Shown here one piece after another: positions 60,650-64,000 of a stretch of 64,000 nucleotides of DNA. Under the pieces are notes generated by a model. That model was given only the letters and a program-made list of their open reading frames with translations, ran no database searches and was not told the DNA's origin. This DNA is from Rhodoglobus sp. GTDB lineage: Bacteria > Actinomycetota > Actinomycetes > Actinomycetales > Microbacteriaceae. The stretch is taken from the NCBI GenBank assembly GCA_051646885.1, contig JBOFDJ010000074.1:6756-70755 (forward strand), read 5' to 3'. Position numbers and translations under genes: made by a program. How positions within the stretch are numbered: position 1 is the first letter of the stretch; each line of letters begins with the position of its first letter.

Positions 60650-61954
60650 ATGGCCATGAACACCGAGTGTGAATCGACAGTTCGAATCGCCCGTGACCTT
60701 ATTAGGTTTGATACAAGCAACTACGGTGAGGGGCGCGCAGCGGGAGAGACCGTAGCTGCTGAGTACCTCGGGGCGCTTCTCGAGGAGCTAGGCCTGTCCA
60801 CCGAGTATGTAAATGCGGCTCCCGGGCGCACGAGTGTCATTGCTCGTGTTCCCGGAACCGACGGCAACAAGCCTGCACTGGTAGTCCATGGACATACCGA
60901 CGTTGTGCCCGCCGATCCAGCAAATTGGAGCGTCGATCCATTCGCGGGTGAAATTCGTGACGGACTTTTGTGGGGCCGTGGAGCTGTCGACATGAAGAAT
61001 ATGGATGCGATGATCATCACCGCACTCCAAGACATCCTTGGCTCTGGAAAGCAGCCAAGCCGTGACGTGATCGTTGCGTTTTTCTCTGATGAAGAGAACG
61101 GGGGAGTTTTTGGCTCCCATCACATCGTCGATACTCGCCCTGATCTTTTTGAGGGGGCGACAGAGGCTATCAGCGAGGTCGGCGGCTACTCGGTATACCT
61201 CAACGAACAACGGGCTTACCTGCTCCAGACCGGCGAGAAGGCACTGATATGGATCAAATTAATTGCGCGTGGTACGGCGGCGCACGGTAGTCGTATCATC
61301 CGTAACAACGCCGTTACGAGACTTGCACACGCGGTCGCCGCCATCGGCCAGTATGAGTGGCCTATTTTTCTGACCGCAACCACTGCGCAATTGGTGGCCG
61401 AGTTAGGTCGTCTCATGCGTGTTGACCCTCAGCAGGTCGGTCCGGATTCCGTGGTGCTGAGCACGGGATCTGCGGCAGGTTTCATCCAGGCGACATTGCG
61501 CACCACAAGTAATCCGACACTTCTGAAAGCCGGTTACAAACACAACGTCATCCCTGATCTAGCGGAGGCCTTGGTCGACATCCGAACCCTACCCGGTGAA
61601 GAAGACAGTGCCCTAGCTCAGATACGCGCTCTGATTGATGATGACATTGAGATCGTGGTCATGCATCGTGATATCGGTCTCGAGAATAGTTTTGACGGCC
61701 CACTCGTGGGGGCGATGGTGAATACGCTACAGAAACATGATCCAGGAGCAGAGGTGTTGCCGTATCTACTGTCAGGTGGCACAGACAATAAAGCACTCGC
61801 CAAACTCGGTATCAAAGGCTATGGTTTTGCCCCGCTGCAGCTACCTGCTGATCTTGATTTCCCCGGTATGTTCCATGGGGTCAACGAGCGAGTACCGCTC
61901 GAAGCACTAGTGTTTGGCAGGCGGGTTCTTGGGGACCTGCTTCTGAATTACTAG
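60650..61954 (+). CDS. M20/M25/M40 family metallopeptidase
   Basis: HGHTDVVP, WGRGAVDMK, DEENGG, SEVGG, GGTD, HGVNER. Confidence 0.93.
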   Translation: MAMNTECESTVRIARDLIRFDTSNYGEGRAAGETVAAEYLGALLEELGLSTEYVNAAPGRTSVIARVPGTDGNKPALVVHGHTDVVPADPANWSVDPFAGEIRDGLLWGRGAVDMKNMDAMIITALQDILGSGKQPSRDVIVAFFSDEENGGVFGSHHIVDTRPDLFEGATEAISEVGGYSVYLNEQRAYLLQTGEKALIWIKLIARGTAAHGSRIIRNNAVTRLAHAVAAIGQYEWPIFLTATTAQLVAELGRLMRVDPQQVGPDSVVLSTGSAAGFIQATLRTTSNPTLLKAGYKHNVIPDLAEALVDIRTLPGEEDSALAQIRALIDDDIEIVVMHRDIGLENSFDGPLVGAMVNTLQKHDPGAEVLPYLLSGGTDNKALAKLGIKGYGFAPLQLPADLDFPGMFHGVNERVPLEALVFGRRVLGDLLLNY

Positions 61955-61986
61955 TCGGAATTCATAGCAAAAACAAGGAAAATCTC

Positions 61987-62838
61987 ATGGGCTACATAGA
62001 AGCAATGATTTTGGGGCTTATTCAGGGGCTGACAGAGTTTTTGCCGATTTCTTCTAGTGCCCACTTGCGCATCGCCGGAATTTTTTTGCCAGGGGCGACC
62101 GATCCGGGGGCAACATTTACGGCCATTACCCAACTCGGCACCGAATTTGCGGTGATCCTCTATTTTCGCAAAGATATTGTGCGTATTATGGGCCGCTGGT
62201 TTCGGCAATTCAGTTTCTCAAGTGCAAGCCGTGCGTTAGCCGTCGGATCACACGACCCAGATGTGCGTCTCGGCTGGCTCATCATCATCGGCACACTGCC
62301 GATTGTGGTGATCGGATTTCTGGCTCAAGACACTATTCGTACCGTATTTCGCTCGCTGTGGATCATCGCCATCGTGCTCATCCTTTTTGGAATCGTGTTG
62401 GGACTTGTCGACTATTTCGGCAAGAAAATCCGCCCCATTGAAGAAATGACGTACCGCCACGGAATTGCTATCGGAGTCGCGCAGATGCTGGCATTGGTAC
62501 CGGGCGTGTCACGCTCAGGGGCAACAATGACTATGGGACTTGCCCTCGGCTACACACGGACAGCCGCTGCCCGGTACGGTTTTCTCTTGGCGATTCCTGC
62601 CGTTTTCGGTAGTGGATTATACGAACTCGTGCACAGTTTTGGTGAGCCGGAGGGCGTCTATGGTTACGCTGAAACCCTCATCGCGACTCTGGTGGCTTTT
62701 TTGGTCGGCTATGCTGTCATTGCTTTTCTGATGCGCTACATTGCTCAGCGCTCGTTTCTGCCCTTTGTGATCTACCGCGTGCTGCTCGGTATCACTCTCC
62801 TCGTGCTGCTGTCTTTCAATATCATTGAGCCTGTATAA
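61987..62838 (+). CDS. uppP: Undecaprenyl-diphosphate phosphatase
   Basis: QGLTEFLPISSSAHL, QLG, ALVPGVSRSGAT. Confidence 0.97.
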   Translation: MGYIEAMILGLIQGLTEFLPISSSAHLRIAGIFLPGATDPGATFTAITQLGTEFAVILYFRKDIVRIMGRWFRQFSFSSASRALAVGSHDPDVRLGWLIIIGTLPIVVIGFLAQDTIRTVFRSLWIIAIVLILFGIVLGLVDYFGKKIRPIEEMTYRHGIAIGVAQMLALVPGVSRSGATMTMGLALGYTRTAAARYGFLLAIPAVFGSGLYELVHSFGEPEGVYGYAETLIATLVAFLVGYAVIAFLMRYIAQRSFLPFVIYRVLLGITLLVLLSFNIIEPV

Positions 62839-62856
62839 CGAGCATAGGTACACGCT

Positions 62857-64000
62857 GTGAGAGCCTGGAGCCGTCCGTTCATCCCACGACTACCCGGTAC
62901 GGGTAGTGCTCCCCGTCTCTTCGATACCATCACGGCCTCGTTAGTGAGTACCCAGTCTGGGCCCGCCGTCACTCTCTACGTGTGTGGCATCACACCGTAT
63001 GACGCGACGCATATTGGACATGCAGCGACCTACACTGCATACGACACTCTTGTGCGAGTTTGGCTGGATGCAGGCTTTCACGTCGGCTACGCACAAAATG
63101 TCACAGACATCGATGACCCACTCCTTGAGCGCGCCGAGGCGGCAGGAGTGGACTGGAAGGATCTGGCGCGGCAGCAGATTGAGCTGTTCCGATCTGACAT
63201 GCTGGCCCTGGCGATTATTCCGCCTGATCACTACATCGCAGTAACAGAGACGATCACGTTGGTGGCCCAGTCTGCACAAAATCTTTTGGGCCAGGGGCTG
63301 GCGTATTTTGTGGATCGCGATGTGTATTTTGATAGCACGGCAGCGGAATCATCCTTGTGGCAACTCAAGCGCCAGAGTCGACTAGATAGGGACTCCATGG
63401 TGCTCCTCTCAGCTGAGCGTGGCGGCGACCCAGAACGTGCAGGCAAGCGTGATCCGCTCGATCCGGTGCTCTGGGTTGGCGCTCGGTCCGGAGAACCCTC
63501 GTGGCCTAGCAGTCTGGGCGCGGGCAGACCGGGTTGGCACATCGAGTGCTCGGTGATCGCAGCTAAGTTTCTTACACTGCCGATGACAGTCGCGGGCGGA
63601 GGGCGCGATCTGATTTTTCCGCACCACGCTTTCACTGCGGGCCACAGCGTGGCACTCACCGGTCATCAGCACGCTCGCGTTCATGTTCACACTGGTTTAG
63701 TGGCCTATCGCGGTGAAAAGATGAGCAAATCACTTGGTAATCTCGTTTTTGTTTCTGAACTGTTGGACGAAGAGGTCGATTCACGAGCGGTGCGGCTCGC
63801 CATCCTGGCTCATCATTACCGTAGCGACTGGGAGTGGACGGACGAAGTGCTCGCCGCCGCCACGCAACGGCTTACTGCGTGGGTTTCCTGGGCAAAAACT
63901 TTTCGAGAACACTCGGTTAACACTGGAGATACTCTGGAGATGCTCGGTCAGCTTCGAGCTATTCTGAGCAACGATCTAAATACCCCCGCCGCGTTAGACG
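62857..64000 (+). CDS. mshC: Cysteine--GlcN-Ins ligase (mycothiol biosynthesis), 3' truncated by window; absent from the ORF track
   Basis: YVCGITPYDATHIGH, NVTDIDDPL, PGWHIEC, DLIFPHH, KMSKSLGN. Confidence 0.93.
   Translation, partial: MRAWSRPFIPRLPGTGSAPRLFDTITASLVSTQSGPAVTLYVCGITPYDATHIGHAATYTAYDTLVRVWLDAGFHVGYAQNVTDIDDPLLERAEAAGVDWKDLARQQIELFRSDMLALAIIPPDHYIAVTETITLVAQSAQNLLGQGLAYFVDRDVYFDSTAAESSLWQLKRQSRLDRDSMVLLSAERGGDPERAGKRDPLDPVLWVGARSGEPSWPSSLGAGRPGWHIECSVIAAKFLTLPMTVAGGGRDLIFPHHAFTAGHSVALTGHQHARVHVHTGLVAYRGEKMSKSLGNLVFVSELLDEEVDSRAVRLAILAHHYRSDWEWTDEVLAAATQRLTAWVSWAKTFREHSVNTGDTLEMLGQLRAILSNDLNTPAALD

Overview
This is a core-chromosome segment of a moderately high-GC actinobacterium. 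Gene content and order point to Microbacteriaceae (inferred from recalled synteny, not from a search). The first half holds: 3' end of sod, gap-pgk-tpiA-secG-rbpA, the pentose phosphate operon (tkt-tal-pgi-zwf-opcA-pgl), ctaB/ctaA, and sufB-sufD-Rieske-sufC-sufT running directly into a translationally coupled biotin operon (bioB-bsaP-bioA-bioF-bioD-cytochrome P450). The second half holds: ABC-F, fabG, serB, glgC/glgA, type B L31, a DEDDh exonuclease-NUDIX fusion, Sir2, TrmH, a DD-carboxypeptidase, a desaturase, dinB, an SF2 helicase, cspA, a DrrAB-like exporter, a circularly permuted Tat-lipoprotein flavin oxidoreductase, a Ser/Thr kinase-GAF protein, an orphan DarT-like ADP-ribosyltransferase co-oriented with an Eis-like acetyltransferase and an ABC exporter, rnhA, DUF2207, gpx, a J-domain/NERD-like protein, an EEP hydrolase, tRNA-Leu(GAG), an M20 peptidase, uppP and the 5' part of mshC. 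I saw no CRISPR array, integrase or transposase. The best leads are (1) the antitoxin-less DarT-like/Eis/ABC locus, (2) the ExxR-less P450 coupled to the biotin operon next to suf, and (3) the circularly permuted flavoenzyme. All family calls come from motif recognition by eye; no database searches were run.
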